59,678 bases of DNA from Bacteroidota bacterium (GTDB lineage: Bacteria > Bacteroidota > Bacteroidia > UBA7662), in assembly GCA_005799025.1 (NCBI GenBank), contig SYHX01000052.1, positions 1 to 59,678 on the forward strand, given 5' to 3'. Position 1 is the first letter of the stretch, and every line of letters begins with the position of its first letter. A program made the translations under genes and the position numbers. This document shows positions 10,782 to 20,160 of the stretch, piece after piece. Under the pieces are notes generated by a model. It saw nothing but the letters and a program-made list of their open reading frames with translations. It did no database searches and was not told where the DNA came from.

Positions 10782-11423
10782 TTAGGGAATATCAAGGTAC
10801 TTATGGGTTTGTAGGGACAAAGTCCATTGAGGTTTTTCTTGGATAAACTGCAATAAGAGCGGAGCAATGCTGTGCCGTTTATCCCATTCCGGCTGCACAT
10901 ACAAGAGGCAATCTTGGTGGAGCTCGCCCAAGAACCCTTGGGCCCAAGACAAATCGGAAGGATGATAAACCACGACTTTGAATTCATCGGCTACGGACAA
11001 GCATTCCGAAAGGGGGGGCTTGAACTTTTTGGGCGAAAGACAGATCCAATCAAATTCACCGCGAAGGGGATGGACGCCTGCCGTTTCCAGCCATATCTGC
11101 AGCCCCGCGGCTCGTAGTTGACGGGTTAAATCCGTTAAATCGTGCATGGAAGGTTCTCCTCCTGTGATGACAATGTTAGGAGAACCTGAACGAAGGGCAT
11201 CTTGAACCAATTTGTTGACGCTTCGTAAGGGATATTGCTTGGCGTCCCAGGAATCTTTGACATCGCACCAAACACAACCCACGTCGCAACCCGCCAGGCG
11301 AATGAAATATGCGACCTGACCGGTATGCTTTCCTTCTCCTTGTAAGCTAAGAAATTGCTCCATGACCGGGAGCTGTACCGATTGCAAATCATTAGTTGCG
11401 ACTTTGGCCGACATGGTGGACAA
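10782..11423 (-). CDS. queE: 7-carboxy-7-deazaguanine synthase (radical SAM)
   Basis: The radical-SAM cluster CDVGCVWCD follows LQGEGKHTGQVAYFIRLAGC. The 213-aa size is typical of QueE. Confidence 0.85.
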   Translation of the reverse strand: MSTMSAKVATNDLQSVQLPVMEQFLSLQGEGKHTGQVAYFIRLAGCDVGCVWCDVKDSWDAKQYPLRSVNKLVQDALRSGSPNIVITGGEPSMHDLTDLTRQLRAAGLQIWLETAGVHPLRGEFDWICLSPKKFKPPLSECLSVADEFKVVVYHPSDLSWAQGFLGELHQDCLLYVQPEWDKRHSIAPLLLQFIQEKPQWTLSLQTHKYLDIP

Positions 11424-11436
11424 GGATGCGGGGTTG

Positions 11437-12318
11437 TTATGGAGTTGTCGCTGCTTGCCAGGTGTTGGTCAAAAGGCTTGCGATGGTCATAGGCCCTACG
11501 CCACCAGGGACAGGGGTTATCGCCCTGCAGAGTGGAGCGACTTGGTCGAAGGCTACATCCCCTCGAAGGACAAACCTTGAGGGTCTAGAATGGTCTTTTA
11601 CCCTTGTGGTTCCCACATCCACCACCACCGCACCAGGTTTGATCATATCGGCGGTGACAAAGCCGGGTTTCCCCAAGGCCGCCACCAACAAATCAGCCCT
11701 TAAGCAATGCTCCTTGATTCCTATGGTCTTGGAATGGCAGAGGGTGACCGTACAGTTGCCGGGTTCTCCGGGCCTCGCCAATAGCTGAGCAAGGGGCGAT
11801 CCTACGATTGCACTTCGGCCAAGGATAACGGCATGCATACCGCCGGTAACAATACCGTTTCTTCGTAACAATTCACAGATCCCTGAAGGGGTAGCTGGCA
11901 AAAAGGTGGGGAGGCCCAAGGCCATGCGCCCTACATTGACGGGGTGAAAGCCGTCCACATCTTTGGATGGGGCAATGGCCAGATTAATTGCTTGCGAATC
12001 GATTTGCGGGGGCAAAGGGAGCTGGACAATGAAGCCATCCACCTGCGCATCGTTGTTGAGACTTTCCACGACGGATAGTAGCTTGTCTTGGCGAATGTCG
12101 GAAGCAAAGCGAATCAGCCTCGATTCAAATCCAACATCCGAACAAGCCTTAATCTTGTGCGACACATACGATTCACTACCACCATCGTTTCCAACCAATA
12201 CCGCTACCAACAAAGGCGGCCTTTGCCCTGAAGCAATTCGAAGGATATTGGCGGCTTTTAATTCTTCTCGAATCTGGGCAGCGGTTTGCTTGCCGTCAAG
12301 AATGAGGGGGGAGGGCAT
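11437..12318 (-). CDS. folD: Bifunctional methylenetetrahydrofolate dehydrogenase/methenyl-THF cyclohydrolase
   Basis: Motifs seen are LLVAVLVGNDGGSESYV, DGFIVQLPLP, ILGRSAIVG and PVPGGVGPMTIA. Confidence 0.93.
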   Translation of the reverse strand: MPSPLILDGKQTAAQIREELKAANILRIASGQRPPLLVAVLVGNDGGSESYVSHKIKACSDVGFESRLIRFASDIRQDKLLSVVESLNNDAQVDGFIVQLPLPPQIDSQAINLAIAPSKDVDGFHPVNVGRMALGLPTFLPATPSGICELLRRNGIVTGGMHAVILGRSAIVGSPLAQLLARPGEPGNCTVTLCHSKTIGIKEHCLRADLLVAALGKPGFVTADMIKPGAVVVDVGTTRVKDHSRPSRFVLRGDVAFDQVAPLCRAITPVPGGVGPMTIASLLTNTWQAATTP

Positions 12319-12345
12319 CTGTCAAAATGATTAATCCTCAATAAA

Positions 12346-14133
12346 TCAATCCAATTTGAGCACCGCCAAGAAAGCGCTTTGAGGAATTTCGACATTGCCT
12401 ACCTGACGCATACGTTTTTTGCCTTTTTTCTGTTTTTCGAGAAGTTTACGCTTACGGGAAATATCCCCGCCGTAACATTTGGCAGTGACATCCTTGCGCA
12501 AAGCCTTGAGGGTTTCGCGGGCAATGATTTTGGCGCCTATGGAGGCCTGGATTGCCACTTCAAACTGCTGCCGCGTGAGGAGCTCCCGTAATTTTTCGCA
12601 CATTTTCTTGCCTAAGTCATAGGCCTTGTCTGCGTGAATTAAGGCGGACAAGGCATCTACGGGTTCGCTGTTTAGACGAATATCCATGCGTACCAATTTG
12701 GATTGGCGGTATCCGATCAAATGGTAATCAAAGGAGGCATACCCACGGGATATGGTCTTGAGCTTATCGTAAAAATCAAAAACGATTTCACCCAGGGGCA
12801 TGTCAAAGGTGATTTCAACCCGGTTACTGCTCAAATAAGTCTGGTTTGTAATTATCCCGCGTTTGTGCATGCACAGGGCTATGACAGGCCCTATATAATC
12901 AGCCTTGGTGATGACCTGGGCATGAATATAGGGTTCCTCGATAAAATCAATTTGGCTGGGATCGGGGAGATCGGATGGATTGTTGACCGTCAGCATTTCG
13001 CCTTTGGTGGTCATACAGAAATACGAAACGTTGGGTACGGTTGTAATGACCGTCATGTTGAATTCCCGTTCCAATCGTTCTTGAATAATCTCCATATGCA
13101 ACATTCCAAGGAATCCGCAACGAAATCCAAAGCCCAACGCAGCAGATGATTCAGGCTCAAAGACCAAGGAAGCGTCGTTCAACTGAAGCTTTTCCATAGA
13201 GTCTCTAAGTTCCTCGTAATCTTCGGTATCCACCGGATAAATACCCGCAAAAACCATGGGTTTGACCTCTTCAAATCCTTTGATTCCTTCTTTGCATGGT
13301 TTTTCGAGGCTTGTGATGGTATCGCCTACTTGTACTTCTTTGGCTTGTTTAATGCCAGAGATGATATAGCCTACATCGCCTGTCTCCACAAATTCTCTAG
13401 GTTGGGGCTTCATCTTGAGAATACCAATTTCATCAGCCCCATATTCTTTACCGGAATTGAAGAACTTCACCTTTTCACCGTTGTGAATTCTCCCATTAAA
13501 CACTCTGAAGTAGGCAACCACCCCACGGTAATTGTTGTACATGGAATCAAAAATCAAAGCCTGCAAAGGAGTGGTGGGGTCTCCTTGAGGGGGAGGGATC
13601 CTATGGACGATGGCTTCAAGGACCTTTTCCACCCCTAAGCCGGTTTTGCCGCTGGCAGGAAGAATATCTTCTCTTTTGCAACCAATGAGTTCAACAATTT
13701 GGTCTTTGACCTCCTCAGGTGAGGCGGAGGGTAAATCCATTTTATTAAGGATAGGAATAATTTCTAAATCATGCTCCAGAGCAAGGTATAGATTAGAAAT
13801 CGTCTGCGCCTCAATGCCTTGGGAAGCATCCACGATCAGCAAAGCCCCTTCGCATGATGCAATAGCCCGCGAAACCTCGTACGAAAAATCCACATGGCCC
13901 GGCGTATCAATCAGATTCAAAATATAGTCTTGATTGTCAAGGCTATAGTTCATTTGAATGGCATGGCTTTTGATGGTAATACCTCGCTCCCGCTCTAAAT
14001 CCATATCGTCAAGGGTCTGGGCCTGAAGATCCCTATCTTCCACGGTACCGGTTATTTGGAGAAGTCGGTCGGCCAGGGTGCTTTTCCCGTGGTCGATGTG
14101 AGCGATAATACAGAAATTTCGGATATGCTTCAT
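12346..14133 (-). CDS. lepA: Translation elongation factor 4 (LepA)
   Basis: Motifs seen are [22 protein letters not shown] and [10 protein letters not shown], plus the LepA-specific C-terminal end. The protein is 595 aa. Confidence 0.97.
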   Translation of the reverse strand: MKHIRNFCIIAHIDHGKSTLADRLLQITGTVEDRDLQAQTLDDMDLERERGITIKSHAIQMNYSLDNQDYILNLIDTPGHVDFSYEVSRAIASCEGALLIVDASQGIEAQTISNLYLALEHDLEIIPILNKMDLPSASPEEVKDQIVELIGCKREDILPASGKTGLGVEKVLEAIVHRIPPPQGDPTTPLQALIFDSMYNNYRGVVAYFRVFNGRIHNGEKVKFFNSGKEYGADEIGILKMKPQPREFVETGDVGYIISGIKQAKEVQVGDTITSLEKPCKEGIKGFEEVKPMVFAGIYPVDTEDYEELRDSMEKLQLNDASLVFEPESSAALGFGFRCGFLGMLHMEIIQERLEREFNMTVITTVPNVSYFCMTTKGEMLTVNNPSDLPDPSQIDFIEEPYIHAQVITKADYIGPVIALCMHKRGIITNQTYLSSNRVEITFDMPLGEIVFDFYDKLKTISRGYASFDYHLIGYRQSKLVRMDIRLNSEPVDALSALIHADKAYDLGKKMCEKLRELLTRQQFEVAIQASIGAKIIARETLKALRKDVTAKCYGGDISRKRKLLEKQKKGKKRMRQVGNVEIPQSAFLAVLKLD

Positions 14134-14265
14134 TCGGCCATAAAAGTACTTTAAATCTGAGCCAAAGGGGAATTTTAAAAGCAGATTAAACCTCCAGTTT
14201 GAGCTCTCAAAATACTTTTTTAGCCAAAAAAGGCCTTAATTTTCGAGTTATCTAAAAGTCATACT

Positions 14266-16239
14266 TTGAAATTCAATTTTCAATGCACCAAAGTGCTGTC
14301 TTTGTTTCTCGGTCTGTGGGCATGTATGAGCATAGCCCTGATTACCATGAGCGGTGGAAAAGCCTCTGCTCAATCCTACGTAACAAGTACGGTACCATTC
14401 TCCCCCATGCCGTATGCAGGTACTTCCTTAACAGGACAATTCAGTCAACCTGATGACGGTGTTGCGGGGCCCTATCAAATCGGTTTCTCTTTTTGTTATT
14501 TTGGTAACAACTATACTCAGTTTTGGGTAGGGTCTAACGGATGGGTTAGCTTTTCCCCCGGTCAGCCTACGACCTACACATCAGCGGCCATTCCTAGCAA
14601 CGGTGCTTCGGTACCCAAGAATTGTGTCATGGGGCCTTGGCAAGATTGGTGGTCCAATCTCAACGGAAACGGAACGATCTCGTACCAATCGGTGGGTTCT
14701 TACCCCAATCGTAAGTTGGTGGTTTCCTTCCTTCAATTGCCCATGTTCCAATGTACTTCTTTGTTAGGGACATTTCAAATTGTGCTGAACGAATGCAACA
14801 ATACCATTGAAATTTATATTGAGAACAAACCCAATTGCACAACATGGGCAGGGGGTACTGCTGTTTTGGGATTGCATAATGCACTCGGTACGGTGGCGTT
14901 TGCGGTTGGTGGCACAGGCCCTAATTGGTCGAGGAATTCAACACAGTGGGTAGTTTCACCTACAACGCCCGGTTTGACCTATCCTAATTCGTCCCAAAGT
15001 GAAGGATGGCTATTCTCCCCAATTGGGCAATGTCAAGGCATTTATTTCGGAGGCTTCAAATCTATCGACACCACTTCTCGATGGCCAGTGATTAATCCGC
15101 CTTGCTATTCCAATCTCATTGGTCTCAAAGCTAAATCCGGTGCGCTTATCTGCAGCAGCATCGACACCAACGGAACGGATTTTAGGCTGTACAATCCTGC
15201 TGGTCAGTTGATGCAAATCCGCAAAGTTTCCTTTACCTGCAATGGAAATCGGGTAGATTCCATTACCGTGGAATCCGCGATTGATTTTCTGGTTAACGGT
15301 GATCATCATTTGGTCATACGAAGGGGATTGGATAACAATACCCTGTTGGGGGATTGTGGTTCAGGAACCCAAGAATTCGATACCATCATTGTCCGATTAA
15401 ATACCTGCTACGAGTACAATTCGCCCATCCGCATTCGCAATGTGGACGTTCAGCCCAACAACAGGGATATTGTGCTCACTTGGTCAACCCCTGAGAATTT
15501 TGACACCACCTTTTTCAAGCGCTATATACTTTACAAGAACGATAGCTTGAATTCGTCTCGGTGGTACCGATTCGCATCGGTGGCCAACCTTCACGATACC
15601 GTGCTGACTACAACTGTTCAAGATCCGGCCGAGGGTGGGCGTGATTTTTTGGCTGTATTGGAAATGAAATATTATGGTCAAACAGATTTTGGGGATTCGG
15701 TGAATAATATTTTTCTTCAGGCGGGAGATACCACTCTCAATAATGGAAACAGGGGAGTGGGGCTCATTCGTTGGCCAGCATACAAAGGGTGGCCCAACTC
15801 CAAGTACAACGTCTTTGTAACAGCGGTAAACGATACAATAGGATTGTGGGTGGGTTCCACCACAGATACGATTTTCAGTATTCAAAAAGGCACTAAACTA
15901 GGAAGGTACCGCCTCTGGGTTCAGGCGGTGAACGGAGATAGCAGCTTTATGGCGCATTCCAACCGGATTTTCTTTGATATCATTGATAGACCCGTCATTG
16001 TATTTAATGTGATTACGCCTAATGGAGATGGCGTAAACGATAATTTTACGATCAAGGATATTGAATACTTTCCAGGAACCAAGGTCGCCATTTATGATCG
16101 ATGGAATCAATTAGTTTTCAGCAGCGAGGATTACCTTAACGATTGGTCACCATCCAATTTACCTGCAGGAAATTATTATTATACAGTAAGGGTTATTGAT
16201 AAAAATCCGACCTATGGTCCTCTTCAAATAATTAAATAA
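14266..16239 (+). CDS. Secreted cell-surface protein with T9SS type B (gliding motility-associated, CHU_C) C-terminal sorting domain
   Basis: TTG start with a signal peptide ending KASAQS. The C-terminus VFNVITPNGDGVNDNFTIKDIEYFPGTKVAIYDRWNQLVF...NDW...GNYYYTV is the type B CTD signature. The central module is shared with the next gene. Confidence 0.8.
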   Translation: MKFNFQCTKVLSLFLGLWACMSIALITMSGGKASAQSYVTSTVPFSPMPYAGTSLTGQFSQPDDGVAGPYQIGFSFCYFGNNYTQFWVGSNGWVSFSPGQPTTYTSAAIPSNGASVPKNCVMGPWQDWWSNLNGNGTISYQSVGSYPNRKLVVSFLQLPMFQCTSLLGTFQIVLNECNNTIEIYIENKPNCTTWAGGTAVLGLHNALGTVAFAVGGTGPNWSRNSTQWVVSPTTPGLTYPNSSQSEGWLFSPIGQCQGIYFGGFKSIDTTSRWPVINPPCYSNLIGLKAKSGALICSSIDTNGTDFRLYNPAGQLMQIRKVSFTCNGNRVDSITVESAIDFLVNGDHHLVIRRGLDNNTLLGDCGSGTQEFDTIIVRLNTCYEYNSPIRIRNVDVQPNNRDIVLTWSTPENFDTTFFKRYILYKNDSLNSSRWYRFASVANLHDTVLTTTVQDPAEGGRDFLAVLEMKYYGQTDFGDSVNNIFLQAGDTTLNNGNRGVGLIRWPAYKGWPNSKYNVFVTAVNDTIGLWVGSTTDTIFSIQKGTKLGRYRLWVQAVNGDSSFMAHSNRIFFDIIDRPVIVFNVITPNGDGVNDNFTIKDIEYFPGTKVAIYDRWNQLVFSSEDYLNDWSPSNLPAGNYYYTVRVIDKNPTYGPLQIIK

Positions 16240-16242
16240 AAA

Positions 16243-18363
16243 ATGAGAATTTTACTTTATTACTGCCTTAGGACGACAGCATTGCTGATCATGTTCCTTC
16301 TGATACCAGGGAAAGCGAGTTCGACCCATATCGCTGGGGGAAATATTACGTACATCAAGTTAGCCAATCCCAACGAGTACCAAATAACACTTACCATTTA
16401 CAGGGATTGTAATTCAATCATGCAAGGTCCGTTCTCTACTTCCAATATGAACATGTACTATCGCAACGGTTGTGGTCAAACGTATACCTTGCCCGTTACC
16501 TGGATTCCAGGAACAGGTATTGAGGTTGTTACTGCATGTACCATTGATCCCAGCACATGTAACGGCGGTACGCGATACGGTTTGCAGGAATACAAATGGA
16601 CTGGAACGGTAACATTGCCCTTCTCCGCGACAAATCCGACATGCAACGATTGGTATTTTGTGTGGGGAAACAGCGTCACCGCGGGTTGGTGTTGCCGAAA
16701 CACGAATAATACACTGGGCCCTGCTCCGGGGCAGCAGAATTTCTTTATCGACTCCTATTTGAATAACAATGTGGCTGCGGGGAATACTTCGGCTCGTTTT
16801 AATTCCTTTCAGGTTCCTGCATATTGCATTCAGGAGCCGGTGACCGTTGTTTTTGATGTTTCAGAGCCTCAAGGTGACTCTGTGGTATATTCCCTTACAT
16901 CCGCTTTAACGGGTTGGAATGTGAATGCAAATTATTTGGCACCCAGAACACCCCAAGTTCCTGCTAATGTAGTCGGTAATCAAATCTCTATCAACCCAAG
17001 CAATGGGAATATCAGTTTTTTCTCCAATACGCAACAAACTTCAATTTTCGTCCTCAAAGTAAATGAGTACCGTAATGGTGTCTTAATCGGTTATGTAAAG
17101 GTGGATGTCCAGGTTATTTTGGGTATTGGACGATACTGTGATAATATACGACCGGGATTCAAGTTTGATTCAACCGCTGTTCAGTGCACCACCGATACTA
17201 CCTTCAAGGTGGAACTCAATTCACAGGTCGCTTGCAATTCAATTGCTCGAAACGGTTCGGATTTTAGGCTCTATGATCCAGATGGGGATTTGGTGCAAAT
17301 CCAAGAGGCAAGACCAGATACCTGCATCAGCGATGGACGTGCGCGAAATATTTGGATCCGATTGACAAGGGGCTTTGAGAAAAATGGTCGATATTTTCTG
17401 GTGAGCCGGAAAGGAACGGATAACAATACTTTCGGGAACCGGTGCGATTTGTTTATGAATGAGTTTGATACCCTCATTATCAATGTAAGCAATTGTCCTG
17501 ATTATCGCGCCCCGTTGTTGATGGAAAATGTAACACTCGACACCATCAACGAAAATGCGGTGATTCTGAATTGGCGAGTCGATCCCAACAACGATACCCT
17601 AAATCGATCTTGGTTCAACGGCTACAATCTCTACCGTTACAGATCGGGAGAAAATCCCGTGCGTTTAAGCAACCGATTTTGGATAGAATCCTCCGTTGAT
17701 TCCCTAAAGCACCGGGATGTCTATGCACCTGTATTACCCAAGGACGAGCCTATCAGCTATAATGTTGATCTTAACCTTATCAACGGAATTCGGAATATTC
17801 GATCACGCACATTGACAACCATTCGCTTGGTGAATGAGCCTGCGACCAACGAAGATGATTCCGTCATGTCTTTGCGATGGAACCATTATCTTGGATGGGA
17901 TAATGCGCTCTATCAAATAGAGCGGTTTGATCTCAAGCGTCCAGAATTAGGTTGGGTTGTGGATACGGCCAACTGGGCTGATACCATTTTATCTTATAGA
18001 AAACCTAGAAAGAAAGGATTGTATAAACTTCGTTTATACACCGAACGTCTTGATGCGGTTTTCCGATCCTATTCCAACGTGTTGGAGTTCGGAGTACCAT
18101 ATAGAGAAGTCGTGGTACCTAATGTAATTACTCCTAACGGTGATGATATTAACGACAAGGTCAAGATAAAATATTTATACCTCTACCCAGGGTCAAAATT
18201 CACTATGTTCAATCGATGGGGTCAAACCGTTTTTCATTCCGATGATTACCAAAACGATTGGGATGCCCCTGGGCTTGAAGCAGGGAATTATTATTATCTG
18301 CTCAAAGTGAATGACGACGGTAATGATGTCCCCTACACAGGGACGATTCGGGTTATCCGCTAG
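16243..18363 (+). CDS. Secreted cell-surface protein with T9SS type B (CHU_C) C-terminal sorting domain, paralogous to upstream gene
   Basis: A signal peptide is followed by the THIAGGNITY...TIYRDC N-domain common in CHU-type large proteins. The C-terminus VVPNVITPNGDDINDKVKIK...FNRWGQTVFHSDDYQNDWD...GNYYYLLKV is a type B CTD. It starts 3 nt after the preceding stop. Confidence 0.8.
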   Translation: MRILLYYCLRTTALLIMFLLIPGKASSTHIAGGNITYIKLANPNEYQITLTIYRDCNSIMQGPFSTSNMNMYYRNGCGQTYTLPVTWIPGTGIEVVTACTIDPSTCNGGTRYGLQEYKWTGTVTLPFSATNPTCNDWYFVWGNSVTAGWCCRNTNNTLGPAPGQQNFFIDSYLNNNVAAGNTSARFNSFQVPAYCIQEPVTVVFDVSEPQGDSVVYSLTSALTGWNVNANYLAPRTPQVPANVVGNQISINPSNGNISFFSNTQQTSIFVLKVNEYRNGVLIGYVKVDVQVILGIGRYCDNIRPGFKFDSTAVQCTTDTTFKVELNSQVACNSIARNGSDFRLYDPDGDLVQIQEARPDTCISDGRARNIWIRLTRGFEKNGRYFLVSRKGTDNNTFGNRCDLFMNEFDTLIINVSNCPDYRAPLLMENVTLDTINENAVILNWRVDPNNDTLNRSWFNGYNLYRYRSGENPVRLSNRFWIESSVDSLKHRDVYAPVLPKDEPISYNVDLNLINGIRNIRSRTLTTIRLVNEPATNEDDSVMSLRWNHYLGWDNALYQIERFDLKRPELGWVVDTANWADTILSYRKPRKKGLYKLRLYTERLDAVFRSYSNVLEFGVPYREVVVPNVITPNGDDINDKVKIKYLYLYPGSKFTMFNRWGQTVFHSDDYQNDWDAPGLEAGNYYYLLKVNDDGNDVPYTGTIRVIR

Positions 18364-19753
18364 TCTTTGATTTGGGTTTGAATAACTGGTAACGCTCTAT
18401 CTTGTTATAAAGGTGGGAGCGTTGTATCCCTATGCTTTCAGCAGTTTTGGCGATATTCCAATGGAATTCTTTGAGCTTACGTTCTACAAAAAAACGCTCG
18501 GTAAGCTCCTTGAATCGTTGAAAATTATCTTCCTCCAAGGTAGCAATAATAGAACGGTACTCCATTTGCTTGCTTTTCTCTGAAGGTTCTTCACCGTTTC
18601 CATCCAAGCCAATGGGTAGGATATAGCGTTGAACATCTTTTCGCGTAATATTGGGACCGGCTAGGATCGCGAGCCGCTCCACTGCATTTTTGAGTTCACG
18701 TAGATTACCTGTCCAAGGTAGAGCTTGTAGAGTCCTAAGGGCGTCTGGTTCAAAATGAAGGGTTGGAAGTTGATATTGCTTACAAATCCGATTGAGATAA
18801 ATACCGGCGAGCATGGGGATATCATCGCGACGTTGATTCAAGGATGGCAAGTGGACAAGGATAACACTAAGCAGATGGTACAAATCCAACCTGAATTTTT
18901 CCTCATCAATGAGTTGAACCAGGTCTTTTTGGCTTCCTGCCAGAATTCGAACACCGTTACGGTTGGTACCGCCTTGATTTTTGGAAGATTCCAATAGACG
19001 AACTAAGGTCAGCTGAGCCGGTCCTGGTAAATCAGCAATTTCATCCAGAAACAAAGTACCTCCCAAGGCTTGATTATAATAGCCTTTGGGCAAAAGGTTA
19101 TTTCCTACAGGATCTCCTTGGCCAAACAACTTAAATTCAAGGTTATCCGCTGGGATGGTGGCACAGTTGAGGGAAACGAAGGGGCCGTGACTTCTGGGAC
19201 TAAGACGATGAATGAATCGGGCAATCCACTCTTTTCCGGTTCCGGCTTGTCCACTAATCAGAATGCGAACATCGGTGGGAGCTACTCTTTGCAAGGTTTC
19301 CTTGAGTCTAAGGAGGGTAGGGGATTGGCCCTGTAGTTCTATAGGATCAAGGTCATCTTGAGTCCAAGAAATGGCCTCTTGCTTGAGGGCACGGATTTGG
19401 AGAGCATTGCGTATGGTAATCAAAAGCCTGTCAAGATCCAATGGTTTAGTAATAAAATCAAAGGCTCCTAGCTTGGTAGCTTCAACAGCAGTCTGCACAT
19501 TGCCATGGGCAGAAATCATAATTACGGGTAAATGAGCATAATTCCGTGCACAATGGGAGAGCAGCTCCATGCCGTCCATGTGGGGCATTTTGATATCAGA
19601 CAATATCAAATCAAATTCCTCATCGACCAAAAGTTGTAATGCCTGTATTCCGTCACCAGCCAAATCGACTTGGAAACCTTCAGCCTCCAGGATATCATTG
19701 AGACTATCCCGAATGCTTGCTTCATCGTCAACAACAAGAATCCGCATATTCAT
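18353..19753 (-). CDS. NtrC-family response regulator (REC + AAA+ + Fis-type HTH), atypical AAA+ domain
   Basis: REC domain: ILVVDDE, phospho-acceptor context LILSDIKMPHMDG, and FDFITKP. AAA+ domain: ISGQAGTGKEWIARFIH, GGTLFLDEI, and GNLRELKNAVER. The C-terminal HTH is NIAKTAESIGIQRSHLYNKI. The canonical GAFTGA loop is absent (see findings). Confidence 0.85.
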   Translation of the reverse strand: MNMRILVVDDEASIRDSLNDILEAEGFQVDLAGDGIQALQLLVDEEFDLILSDIKMPHMDGMELLSHCARNYAHLPVIMISAHGNVQTAVEATKLGAFDFITKPLDLDRLLITIRNALQIRALKQEAISWTQDDLDPIELQGQSPTLLRLKETLQRVAPTDVRILISGQAGTGKEWIARFIHRLSPRSHGPFVSLNCATIPADNLEFKLFGQGDPVGNNLLPKGYYNQALGGTLFLDEIADLPGPAQLTLVRLLESSKNQGGTNRNGVRILAGSQKDLVQLIDEEKFRLDLYHLLSVILVHLPSLNQRRDDIPMLAGIYLNRICKQYQLPTLHFEPDALRTLQALPWTGNLRELKNAVERLAILAGPNITRKDVQRYILPIGLDGNGEEPSEKSKQMEYRSIIATLEEDNFQRFKELTERFFVERKLKEFHWNIAKTAESIGIQRSHLYNKIERYQLFKPKSKTSG

Positions 19754-19769
19754 TGTCTAATTTACTATA

Positions 19770-19777
19770 CAAAGCTA
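19770..19777 (-). promoter_or_regulatory. Candidate Bacteroidota sigma-A -7 element (TAnnTTTG) for the response-regulator gene
   Basis: The minus strand reads TAGCTTTG about 17 nt upstream of the ATG at 19753, matching the TAnnTTTG consensus. I could not confidently place a -33 TTG. Confidence 0.3.
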
Positions 19778-19837
19778 AAGCAATTGCGATCCCAAATAAT
19801 TTATTGGGGGGTAGTATTGAATGATTTTCAAAAAAAT

Positions 19838-20153
19838 GGTTGCGCTATAAGCCAGATTCTGTATGCCTTGCGGCATTTCCACCATTTATCTAAGCGGCCT
19901 ACCCCCCGGGAACGCACGAGCAACGCTGCCCCGGTATACACGGCCTTGCAACCCAGGAGGTTTACCCCAAACCGATGTCACCATCGGAGCGCGTGAGCTC
20001 TTACCTCACGTTTTCACCCTTGACCTTGCGGCCGGTTCTTTTCTGTGGCACTTTCTACCGGGTTACCCCGGCCTTTGTTTCCAAAGCCTGGCGCTCTGCG
20101 TTGTCCGGACTTTCCTCCAGCACCAAGGTGCCAGCGGCGGAACGCGCAACCGC
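19838..20153 (-). ncRNA. rnpB: RNase P RNA, bacterial type A
   Basis: The minus strand carries these universally conserved blocks in order: GGAGGAAAGUCCGGAC (P4 5' strand), AGUGCCACAGAAAA, CAAGGGUGAAA, GUGAGGUAAGAGCUCACG, GGUAAACC, GGGUAGGCCGCUUAGA and ACAGAAUCUGGCUUAU (P4 3' strand). The terminal P1 pairs GGUUGCGC (5') with GCGCAACC (3'). Ends are approximate to within a few nt. Confidence 0.9.
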
Positions 20154-20160
20154 AACGAAG

